Shown here: positions 25,255 through 32,129 of the stretch, piece after piece
Position numbering within the stretch: the stretch's first letter is position 1
Layout of the letters: each line of letters opens with the position of its first letter
Origin: a virus
Virus record (IMG/VR): IMGVR_UViG_3300038393_001022
Length of the DNA stretch: 44,703 nt
Direction: 5' to 3' (one strand)
The notes under the pieces: model-generated
Told to the model about the DNA's origin: nothing
The model's input: only the letters and a program-made list of their open reading frames with translations
Databases searched by the model: none
Made by a program: the position numbers and the translations under genes

Positions 25255-27306
25255 CTACGCCTCCGTAAAGAAGTCACTGAAGCCCCAGCCGCTCTGAATC
25301 CGGGTCTTCACGATGTCGCCGACAAGCTTCTGCTCTAACTCCTCGTCGGTACGCCCCACAAAGGAGGTCAGACAGGCCTCCTGCGGCGGAATGCCCTGCC
25401 ATATGAGTTCGACCGCTTGGAGTACGGCACGAACGGAGACCGAACGGGTCGAAATCTCCGACGCGCCTCCTGCGGCGCCCGACTTCTTGAGCAGGTCTTG
25501 GAAGATGCCTGCTAGGAGGTTGGCCTTGTCAGCCTTGAGGCCGTAGCGGTAGAACTTCGTCTTGAGCAGGTTGGCGAAGTCGTTCTGCCCCATTGGCGGT
25601 ACATAGACGGGCACAAAACCGTCAGCGGTCGCCTCGTTTAGTTCACTAGTGCCAGCGTAGCCGGGGTTGAACGTCAGAATCATGCGGAACGCCGGGTGGG
25701 CCGTGACGACACCGTAGCCGGGAATCTCCAACCGACGCCGATCGTCACGTAGGGAGTGGGTGATGATAAGGGCCTCAGGCCGGACGGAGTTCGCCTCGTC
25801 GATCACGCAGAACTTCCCATCACGGGCCGCCGCCGCTACGGTGCCGTAGAGGTACGACACCTCGTCACGCTTCCCTAGAGCGGCGAGGACACCGCCGATC
25901 GCCTGCTCGGTCATGCCCTCGGCCTTGAGTTGCTCGTAGACCTCGACCATATCCTTCGTGTCCCGAACGTGGCTCTTGAAGACCTCGTGACCGATGATCG
26001 AATCACCGTCAAGGTGGGCATGGCCCTGAATCTCAGCCAGCGGCCTTGCCAGCAGAAAGGCACAGGTCTCAGCGAGGGTGTTCTTGCCGGAGCCCTTCGG
26101 GCCCTTGAGGATCAAGTGCTGGCCCCCTAGGAGCGCGGCAAGGGACAGCTTGAGTTCCTTGGAGCCGAAGAAGAACGCCCGAAGCTTCGGATGATCCGGG
26201 TCGTTGCTCGGCATCCCTAGGTTGGTGCGGAACTCATTGATCTGCTTGATCTGCCGAGGGGTAACACCCTGCGACTTCACGTAGTCGAGGACGGACATCT
26301 TGCTCATGGGGTCAGCTTCCTCCTTAGGGGCGGGTGTGGTTGACGCTGAGGCTCGGTTAATGAGTGTAACCACATGATCCTCACTGGGCGTCCAGTGCCC
26401 TACCGTAACGTGTTTTCCGTCTTTGTCGTAGGCCACGCTGACATCAGCCTTCTTAGCGCCCAAAACATGATGGACGTCGGTTACGGTGTAAACGTTCTTG
26501 GCATCCTCTGAGATGCGTAGGTTCTGAAACACATCACCTACGCGGAGGTCGTAGCAGTAAACCTCCCTAGGGAGAATCTCCCCGTGGACCGGACCTTCTG
26601 CACCCTTAGGCAGGTGCTTCTCCGTCGTCCCGGTCCCGGTCGTGACCTCTTCCGTACCGGGTACGGTCAGCGGCTTCAGCGGAGCCGGAGTGGGCTTCTT
26701 AGGGCCGGAGAACGTCACACTAGGCTCCCGCATAGCCCGGTCGAAGTCCGTATCGGGTCCGTGGTCGATCGCAGGGGCCGTCATCGCCGGAGTGCCGTCG
26801 TCGTAGGTGGCGACGACCTCCTCAGGGGCAAAAAGATCGACATGCCGATCAGCATCAGCGCCCCAATCGTAGGTATTACCGACGATACCCGCGTTGCTGT
26901 GACCCCGCTTGACAAGCTTGACCACAAACTCGCAGTCACCCTTATCAGTAACGACCTCGTAGAAGTGACCCGTCGTAGGCCAGCGGAAGATGTCGCCGAC
27001 CTTCAACAGCTTAACCGGACCTCCTCCAGCGGGGGTGTAACCCTCAAGGCTGGACTCCTCAACCTTGTGCTTAGGCGGCTCTGCTGTGGTCGTGGCCGCA
27101 TCGTACGTGCCCTCTACTATGAGGACCTCGGTCCCTAGGGGCTTAGGGTACTCCCGGCCTGAGGAGCCCTCGACGCGAAGGATGGCGACCTTCTCACCGG
27201 ACTCCTCGTCCAACTCAATCCGGATGAAGGTGTACTTCTTCCCACCCTCCTTCAGTTGGACGACGGAGCCGATGGAGACACGGTACAGTTCACGACGACG
27301 GATCAT
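25255..27306 (-). CDS. AAA+ ATPase of the MoxR/CobS (AAA_5) type with a ~360-aa N-terminal extension, 683 aa
   Basis: Walker A LKGPKGSGKNT (about 26076-26110). Walker B FCVIDEANSV. The N-terminal part holds three small beta-rich segments (IGSVVQLKEGGKKY, KVGDIFRWPTTGHFYEV, RVGDVFQNLRI). Confidence 0.7.
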   Translation of the reverse strand: MIRRRELYRVSIGSVVQLKEGGKKYTFIRIELDEESGEKVAILRVEGSSGREYPKPLGTEVLIVEGTYDAATTTAEPPKHKVEESSLEGYTPAGGGPVKLLKVGDIFRWPTTGHFYEVVTDKGDCEFVVKLVKRGHSNAGIVGNTYDWGADADRHVDLFAPEEVVATYDDGTPAMTAPAIDHGPDTDFDRAMREPSVTFSGPKKPTPAPLKPLTVPGTEEVTTGTGTTEKHLPKGAEGPVHGEILPREVYCYDLRVGDVFQNLRISEDAKNVYTVTDVHHVLGAKKADVSVAYDKDGKHVTVGHWTPSEDHVVTLINRASASTTPAPKEEADPMSKMSVLDYVKSQGVTPRQIKQINEFRTNLGMPSNDPDHPKLRAFFFGSKELKLSLAALLGGQHLILKGPKGSGKNTLAETCAFLLARPLAEIQGHAHLDGDSIIGHEVFKSHVRDTKDMVEVYEQLKAEGMTEQAIGGVLAALGKRDEVSYLYGTVAAAARDGKFCVIDEANSVRPEALIITHSLRDDRRRLEIPGYGVVTAHPAFRMILTFNPGYAGTSELNEATADGFVPVYVPPMGQNDFANLLKTKFYRYGLKADKANLLAGIFQDLLKKSGAAGGASEISTRSVSVRAVLQAVELIWQGIPPQEACLTSFVGRTDEELEQKLVGDIVKTRIQSGWGFSDFFTEA

Positions 27307-27440
27307 GCGACTTCGACCTCCTTGTAGGTACTTAGGAACTGGCGCAACTCAGCCACGGTGCCCTTGAAGCGGAGCACGCCAAGCCGGATGCCGGACTCGG
27401 TACTTAGGTGCAGGCGAACCAGCGTTTCCAGATCGTACAC
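27303..27440 (-). CDS. Candidate 45-aa protein translationally coupled to the AAA+ gene (not in the ORF track)
   Basis: GAGGAGGG lies 8 nt before the GTG at 27440. The product is VYDLETLVRLHLSTESGIRLGVLRFKGTVAELRQFLSTYKEVEVA. Its stop overlaps the AAA+ start (ATGA). Confidence 0.45.
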   Translation of the reverse strand: MYDLETLVRLHLSTESGIRLGVLRFKGTVAELRQFLSTYKEVEVA

Positions 27441-27518
27441 TAGGGACCCTCCTCTGTGGGGCCGACTATGCCCATGCGGGCTGGAAGGGGGCTGTTACCC
27501 ACAACCCCCCAGAAGGGT

Positions 27519-27866
27519 TTACTCGTTGATGCCGAAGGCGGTCTTGATCGTAGAGACGAGGCCAAGCCCCTTCTCGGTCATTGCAACGTTGACCACACGA
27601 CGGTCCTCGGCATCCTCGCTACGGGTGATGTAGCCGTCCCGGACGAGCCGATCGAGGATGCCCGTCATGTTGCCACGAGAGCACCCAAGGGCGTCGGCGA
27701 TGTGGCTGATCTTGGTGTAGGCGCCGCCATTCTCGGCGATCACCAAGAAGGCAAGAGCCTGCGGATAGGTCATCTGGACGCCGTGGTCGTTGACGAGGGT
27801 CTGCTCAAACTTGAACTTACGGGCGGCCTCTTCGATGTCATGCCGGATGATGTCCTTCAGGTTCAC
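27519..27866 (-). CDS. MarR-family winged-helix transcriptional regulator (~115 aa; track ORF trimmed)
   Basis: ISHIADALGCSRGNMTGILDRLVRDGYITRSEDAEDRRVV is a typical MarR wHTH. GGGAGGA lies 7 nt before the GTG at 27866. The longer form would overlap the upstream gene by 56 nt. Confidence 0.7.
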   Translation of the reverse strand: MNLKDIIRHDIEEAARKFKFEQTLVNDHGVQMTYPQALAFLVIAENGGAYTKISHIADALGCSRGNMTGILDRLVRDGYITRSEDAEDRRVVNVAMTEKGLGLVSTIKTAFGINE

Positions 27867-27924
27867 GGCGGTATCCTCCCTAGGGGCGTTATTTAGGGTG
27901 CCGGAACCGGGGCCGGAGCCTATG

Positions 27925-28242
27925 TTAAAGTCCTGCAAGCCGCTCGGCGAGGGGCGCCCACAGAACCTTGATCGAAACACCTTGGGGGCCGTGGTTGGTA
28001 TGCACCGCCAACCCGGCGACGTTGAGAAGCTTTAGGGCGAAGTGGGCGTTGCAGGTGTGGCGCCCGTGGTTGATCTCCTTCAGGGCCAGTTCGTAGGACC
28101 GGGCTCCGGGGTTCTTCAGCATGAAGTTCCCTAGGTTCTTCATCGAGAGCCGCTCGCCCTTGTTCATCGTCTCGACGAGACGATCGAAAGCTTCCCTGTG
28201 GATCTGGTCGTAGGTGACGGGGTTATGAATGGGGTGAATCAT
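27925..28242 (-). CDS. Hypothetical early protein, 105 aa
   Basis: GGGAGGAA lies 5 nt before the ATG. Confidence 0.55.
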   Translation of the reverse strand: MIHPIHNPVTYDQIHREAFDRLVETMNKGERLSMKNLGNFMLKNPGARSYELALKEINHGRHTCNAHFALKLLNVAGLAVHTNHGPQGVSIKVLWAPLAERLAGL

Positions 28243-28260
28243 GCTGGTTCCTCCCTAGTG

Positions 28261-28470
28261 TTAAGTGCCGTTGATGGGCAGATCGTGGGCCTCAAGGAAC
28301 TCGACATTAGCCCGGACACGCTTGAGCCAAATACCGAAGGTCTGGTTAGAGACCTTCTCGGCGCCACGCTTGACGGCGTTGCACTCCACAGAGTAGGCCG
28401 CCAGCGCAACGTCGGTAGCGTAACCCGCCTTCTCCAGCTTCAGGGCCTCGGGTAGATCGGGGTTGTACAT
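28261..28470 (-). CDS. Hypothetical early protein, 69 aa
   Basis: AAGGAG lies 8 nt before the ATG. Confidence 0.5.
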   Translation of the reverse strand: MYNPDLPEALKLEKAGYATDVALAAYSVECNAVKRGAEKVSNQTFGIWLKRVRANVEFLEAHDLPINGT

Positions 28471-28482
28471 GGTGTGGTCTCC

Positions 28483-28701
28483 TTATGTCCCTAGGTGTCC
28501 GACGCGGCAGTTATCACGGTACGAGACGATCGTGTTCACAGAGGCCACAGCGCCCATGAAGCTGTCACTAACGACATCATCCTCCTCAGGCCACTCACCG
28601 GAATCATTACTGGCCTGCCAGTCGTTCTCCAACTCTGCGGAGGTCTTGTGCAGGTCCATAAGCAGGGCCGCATACTTAGCCGCGCTGTACCGTAGGGCCA
28701 C
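28483..28701 (-). CDS. Hypothetical early protein (~72 aa)
   Basis: AGGAGG is followed by a GTG at 28701 (7-nt spacer). The track start at 28707 is too close to the SD. Confidence 0.45.
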   Translation of the reverse strand: MALRYSAAKYAALLMDLHKTSAELENDWQASNDSGEWPEEDDVVSDSFMGAVASVNTIVSYRDNCRVGHLGT

Positions 28702-28712
28702 AACCACACCTC

Positions 28713-28949
28713 CTAGGTGCCTGTCGGCTCAATTCCCTTGGACTTATCGAAAGCGACAAGGGCCTCGATGGAACGAAGCCAATGGTAGAACGTAGAGCCG
28801 GGCCGTTCATCCACAAAATCTACGCCAAAACCACAATCGAGGGCCTTCTGTACGACCCGCTCCAGATCACAAGCGGCGAGAGTTACGCTGACAGCAAGTA
28901 CCGACCGAACGGAGCGTTCACTAGGGCTCAGATCGCTCACGCTTGCCAC
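28713..28949 (-). CDS. Hypothetical early protein, 78 aa
   Basis: GGGGAGGA lies 8 nt before the GTG. Confidence 0.5.
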   Translation of the reverse strand: MASVSDLSPSERSVRSVLAVSVTLAACDLERVVQKALDCGFGVDFVDERPGSTFYHWLRSIEALVAFDKSKGIEPTGT

Positions 28950-29145
28950 GCTTGCCGTCCTCCCCTAGCTGGTCCTGAATCTTCATCTGGTCCTGAATCT
29001 TCATGTGGACGTCGGCGAGGACGAGGTAACAGTCCCCTAGGCCCATCGCCTTAAGCTGGTCACGGGTCATGGCGCCGAGGAACGCCTCAAGGGCGGTTGC
29101 CTCAGGCAGGGTCAACTCGGGCTGGACCTTCTTCCGGTAGACCAC
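28921..29145 (-). CDS. Hypothetical early protein, 74 aa
   Basis: GGGAGGTGA precedes the GTG. It overlaps the next gene by 29 nt. Confidence 0.45.
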   Translation of the reverse strand: MVYRKKVQPELTLPEATALEAFLGAMTRDQLKAMGLGDCYLVLADVHMKIQDQMKIQDQLGEDGKRGKRERSEP

Positions 29146-29157
29146 GGTATCACCTCC

Positions 29158-29742
29158 CTAGTGGGAAGACTTCGGAGCCGACGAGACGTCAACAGGGTTG
29201 TCCAAGCAGGAGCGCACCTCGTTAATAAACCCTTGGAACCGCTGGGCCGACGTCGGATGATTCTTAGCGAAGGCAGGCAGGACGTGCTCCGCCATCAGGA
29301 ACACCGCCCGTAGGTAGTTCACCCCGGCGTCGTCAAGCAACAGATGGTAGACGCGACCCGGCTCCACCGTAACTTGATTGGTAACGGCTTCAGGGATGGG
29401 CGACTCGAAGGTGTCTACCTTCACAGCAGGCCGAACGGGGACGTTCAGCTTCCCTTGGTCAGCCATAACGGTCTTGAAGGCTTCAATGGCGTTGTGGTCC
29501 CACTGAGTCAACTCCCTGTCGTAGAACGACGCCGGGAGCCACTTACCGTCCTCGACAGAGCCGAGGTACGTACCCTTACGGTGCAGGCCGTACTCGCCGT
29601 CGATGTACTCCACAACGTAGTCGCCGTCCTTGGCGACACCGTGCTTAGGGGTGCCATGCTGATCGGATGCGTCGAGGGCCTTGGTCGTGTGGGCACTTTC
29701 GTAGACACGCTTCACTAGGGTCTCGAGTGTCTTAAGGCTCAC
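29158..29742 (-). CDS. Hypothetical early protein (~194 aa; track ORF trimmed)
   Basis: A strong SD GGAGGAG lies 5 nt before the GTG at 29742. The ATG at 29793 has no usable spacer. Confidence 0.55.
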   Translation of the reverse strand: MSLKTLETLVKRVYESAHTTKALDASDQHGTPKHGVAKDGDYVVEYIDGEYGLHRKGTYLGSVEDGKWLPASFYDRELTQWDHNAIEAFKTVMADQGKLNVPVRPAVKVDTFESPIPEAVTNQVTVEPGRVYHLLLDDAGVNYLRAVFLMAEHVLPAFAKNHPTSAQRFQGFINEVRSCLDNPVDVSSAPKSSH

Positions 29743-30455
29743 GGTTACTCCTCCTAGGGATCTTAGTTGAGTCCGGAACTGCGGGCGGGTCATCCCCTTT
29801 GCCCGTGGCGTGTGGGTTGTTTAGGGCACAACCCACCGAGAAAGCCCTAGCTTCGGTGTGGTGTTTACCAGACATGGCACACCAAGCACGGCGGTTCGTT
29901 AGTGTGGTTCTGCGGGACTAAGAAGACATAGGTATCCTAGGGCGCCTGTGCTTTCCGTCTACTCTGCGCCCTCTCTGCTATTAACTCCTCGATGCTGACC
30001 ACATGGTCTCACTGGTGTACCTACTCGCCGACGGCCTTTCAACCGCCAGCTACACTCCGAAGAGTGCGCTTGTCCCTTACCCACCTGACGCTTCGTAGTT
30101 TCCGGTGTGTCCCCCGTTACCGAAGGTGTCCTCCGTACTCGGCCTCCCGGCCCGTCATGCCTCTAGGGCTGTCTCGTTCCCCAGCGTTCTCACATCGGTT
30201 CGTCTTAGATTGTGGCACCACACGGTTGCCAGCCGACCGCTTGTCGTTGTCATCGGTGCCGATCAGCTTGTCAACATCTTACCTTGCCGTTATGCCGCCG
30301 TCAAGATGGTTAGACCAAAAAATTTTAAAACCCGCAAACTGGCTTCACAGGCCGATTTGCGGGCTTTTTGTAAATTCCTGTCAGCAACTTCTTTGACCTT
30401 CCCTGATCTTCGCCTAGGAAGGGGTTACGGGCGCATCCACAGTACGCACGTATCC
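29743..30455 (-). other. ORF-free island (~0.7 kb): candidate structured ncRNA or long leader
   Basis: There is no ORF of 60 aa or more on the transcribed (minus) strand. The plus-strand ORFs have junk composition. Hairpins lie at 29812-29836 and 29852-29886, and a terminator lies at the upstream edge. Confidence 0.4.
30317..30370. terminator. Bidirectional intrinsic terminator downstream of CDS 30456..31202
   Basis: A-run, then CCCGCAAActGGCttcacagGCCgaTTTGCGGG, then CTTTTTG. Confidence 0.7.
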
Positions 30456-31202
30456 CTAGGGCTCCTCCTCCGCTGTGCCCCAAGGCTTTCCGTCCCAGTA
30501 GTAGGCCGCGTAGCGTACTGCATACGTATCCACGAGAGTTGCATAATCCTTATCGTCTGCGTACTTCCAGACGTCAACCTTCAGGGGGAACGGCACATCC
30601 GTGCGCTCGACTAAGGTCTTCAGCGCCTTCGAGAGGTCTGAGACCACGAAGTAAACCTCTACATCACCCGGCAAATAAGGCACTCCTCGGGCCGCCGCTG
30701 AGCGTGCGGGCTCCGTAGCCGTGGCCCCGAACACTAGGGTAAACCCTGCCCACTCCTTCGCCTCAGCCCTGAAGTGCTCTGCGAGGCCGGGCCGGAAGTA
30801 CCACGGGCGCATCGACGGCAACTTCGAAGACCACACAGAGAACCCGTACGGCTTCGGCGGCGCCACCCAGTTCGTGAAGTGCTCCGCGCCGAGGGCGCCC
30901 GACGTCGGGTACTTCCAGTGGGCGTCAAAGTACCCTTTGAGTTTCACCTCGTCTTTCCCTAGGGACTCCGACGTAACGCCTGCGGGCCCGGACGCCACAG
31001 AGCCAGCCTCCACACCGCCTAAGGGCTCAGCGCCACCTTCGACGACCACAGTCATCTCCAAAGGCTCGGCTGTGGGCTTCGACGTCACCTCTGCGAGGGC
31101 CATTTGGACTAACTCACCGTCGCTCAGGTGCTCACCATAACGTTTCCGAAGGGTTTCTAAGTACGTAGTCTGGACGCGAACGGCCTTACTCGGTACGGTC
31201 AT
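30456..31202 (-). CDS. Hypothetical early protein, 248 aa (first gene of a short leftward unit)
   Basis: GGGAGG lies 7 nt before the ATG. A promoter-like element lies upstream and a terminator downstream. Confidence 0.6.
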   Translation of the reverse strand: MTVPSKAVRVQTTYLETLRKRYGEHLSDGELVQMALAEVTSKPTAEPLEMTVVVEGGAEPLGGVEAGSVASGPAGVTSESLGKDEVKLKGYFDAHWKYPTSGALGAEHFTNWVAPPKPYGFSVWSSKLPSMRPWYFRPGLAEHFRAEAKEWAGFTLVFGATATEPARSAAARGVPYLPGDVEVYFVVSDLSKALKTLVERTDVPFPLKVDVWKYADDKDYATLVDTYAVRYAAYYWDGKPWGTAEEEP

Positions 31203-31231
31203 TATGTCGCCTCCCGGCTCAACGTGACGTC

Positions 31232-31261
31232 AGCATAGCATGGCGCTGATAATCACGTCAA
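31232..31261 (-). promoter_or_regulatory. Sigma70-like leftward promoter candidate
   Basis: On the minus strand: TTGACG (31261-31256), 18-nt spacer, TATGCT (31237-31232). It lies about 30 nt upstream of the ATG at 31202 and overlaps TGACGT(CA) motifs. Confidence 0.4.
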
Positions 31262-31273
31262 CACCCGCCAAAT

Positions 31274-31307
31274 GACGTCAAAAAACCCGCAAACGACGTT
31301 GTACAGC
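31274..31307. repeat. 34-bp repeat family A, copy 1 (GACGTCAAAAAACCCGCAAACGACGTTGTACAGC)
   Basis: 33/34 identical to 31420..31453. Confidence 0.85.
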
Positions 31308-31419
31308 CTGTTACAGAGATTCAGGGCACAGGGCAGGGCAAATTTGTAACAGATCCCTTTAGACTTGAAGGATTGTGTTACAAAGGCAGGGCACGGGACA
31401 GGGACAAATTGTAACAGGC

Positions 31420-31453
31420 GACGTCAAAAAACCCGCAAATGACGTTGTACAGC
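31420..31453. repeat. 34-bp repeat family A, copy 2; its CCCGCAAA forms the left arm of a terminator hairpin
   Basis: GACGTCAAAAAACCCGCAAATGACGTTGTACAGC. Confidence 0.85.
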
Positions 31454-31464
31454 GGGTTTGCGGG
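31426..31464 (-). terminator. Intrinsic terminator-like hairpin (minus strand)
   Basis: CCCGCAAA (31432-39) pairs with TTTGCGGG (31457-64). On the minus strand the hairpin is followed by TTTTTT. Confidence 0.5.
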
Positions 31465-31557
31465 ACAGGGCACGAGACAGGGCAAATTTGTAACAGATAG
31501 TTTTGGCACCGTCAAGCTTGTCGGTCGCACCCTCCTTTGGCTGTTACAACACAGGGC

Positions 31558-31590
31558 AAAAACCCCCTCTCTATACGTAGTATAGAGGGG
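31558..31590 (-). terminator. Intrinsic terminator-like hairpin (minus strand)
   Basis: CCTCTCTATAC-gta-GTATAGAGGGG. On the minus strand it is followed by TTTTTG. Confidence 0.5.
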
Positions 31591-31612
31591 TGTTGTCCCT
31601 GTGCTGTAACAC

Positions 31613-32040
31613 GGGGTGTTTGAGGGGGAGGGGCAGAGGGGCGACGTCAGAGGGGGTGGGTGACGTACGTCGGGTTGACGAGAATGACGTCGATTGTCGT
31701 TACGTTGACGTACATGGGGTGGAGTGGGGTGGGGTGAGGTGAGTGGTGGGGGTCCGGGACTAACCAACGTGGGGGGTTGGCGACGTCGGGGGTTTGGCCT
31801 TAGTGGTCTGGGACTGACCATGATGGGGTGGTAGGAGGTGGGGTGGGGTAGCCTAGGGCGCCCTGGGCGAGGGTGCTGCTCTCCTAGAAAATGTAAAAAA
31901 GCCCTCAGGCAGGGTGCCGAAGGGCTTTTCTGGGGTTTGGTAGGGGAGGGCGAAGGATAGGGACGGGCAGGAAGGGGCTCTAGAGGTCTCAGGAGGGCCG
32001 TTTGGGGGGAGGGCGCTAGGGTGGGTGCGGGTAGGGTGGA
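31613..32040 (+). other. G-run tract: multiple G-quadruplex-forming motifs confined to the plus strand
   Basis: Examples: GGGG-N7-GGGGG-N1-GGGG-N4-GGGG at 31613-31641; 31716-31752; 31810-31848; 31932-31977; 32004-32036. Confidence 0.7.
31895..31930. terminator. Bidirectional terminator-like hairpin
   Basis: AAAAAAGCCCTcaGGCagggtGCCgaAGGGCTTTTC. Confidence 0.55.
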
Positions 32041-32085
32041 AAAAGGCCTCAGAATGGCTCTGGAGCGTTCGGCCCTCAGGAGGGC

Positions 32086-32118
32086 AAAGCAAAACCCCCA
32101 GCCGGGTGACTGGGGGTT
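32086..32118 (-). terminator. Intrinsic terminator of CDS 32130..32948
   Basis: AACCCCCAG-ccgggtga-CTGGGGGTT. On the minus strand it is followed by TTTTGCTTTGC. Confidence 0.7.
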
Positions 32119-32129
32119 GCTTGTGGGGC

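Larger units (their letters stand above)
31324..31498. repeat. Three ~31-bp direct repeats, family B (GGGCAC..CAGGGCAAATTTGTAACAGAT)
   Basis: Copies at 31324-31354, 31389-31418 (with indels) and 31468-31498. Copy 3 has 3 mismatches against copy 1. Confidence 0.8.

Noticed and set aside
22898-27306. Literal annotation of the AAA+/vWA pair as cobaltochelatase CobS/CobT (cobalamin biosynthesis).
   Set aside because: There is no CobN and no other cobalamin gene. The vWA protein carries an HExxH domain and the AAA+ protein carries unrelated N-terminal modules. I describe them only as MoxR/CobS-like and vWA/CobT-like.
27519-27866. The MarR-like regulator as evidence of a temperate lifestyle or a prophage.
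   Set aside because: No integrase, excisionase, CI/Cro-like pair, partition genes or attachment-site-like repeats were found. The contig closes on itself with phage genes only.
27867-27980. An N-terminal 38-aa extension of the MarR-like ORF, using the track start at 27980.
   Set aside because: The extension would overlap the upstream gene (27925..28242) by 56 nt and lacks an SD. The GTG at 27866 has GGGAGGA at the proper spacing.
29992-30614. Plus-strand ORFs 29992..30396 (134 aa) and 30105..30614 (169 aa) in the 0.7-kb island.
   Set aside because: They overlap each other. Their composition is R/S/L/P/C-rich and atypical, and they have no SD. They run against the local transcription direction and across the bidirectional terminator. 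One extends antisense into CDS 30456..31202.
31324-31498. Three ~31-bp direct repeats separated by 34- and 49-bp spacers look superficially like a phage-borne mini-CRISPR array.
   Set aside because: The repeats are not identical: there are 3 substitutions between copies 1 and 3 and indels in copy 2. One 'spacer' is itself a copy of repeat family A and contains a terminator hairpin. No leader or cas gene is present, and the repeats lack typical CRISPR termini. An iteron or operator array is the better reading.
31378-31821. A 147-aa minus-strand ORF (Pro/Arg/Thr-rich), together with ORFs 31853..32092 (-) and 32021..32557 (+), in the G-run region.
   Set aside because: The composition is low-complexity, caused by reading C-runs or G-runs as codons. 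There is no SD. The ORFs span terminator hairpins and repeat elements. I treat them as non-coding.
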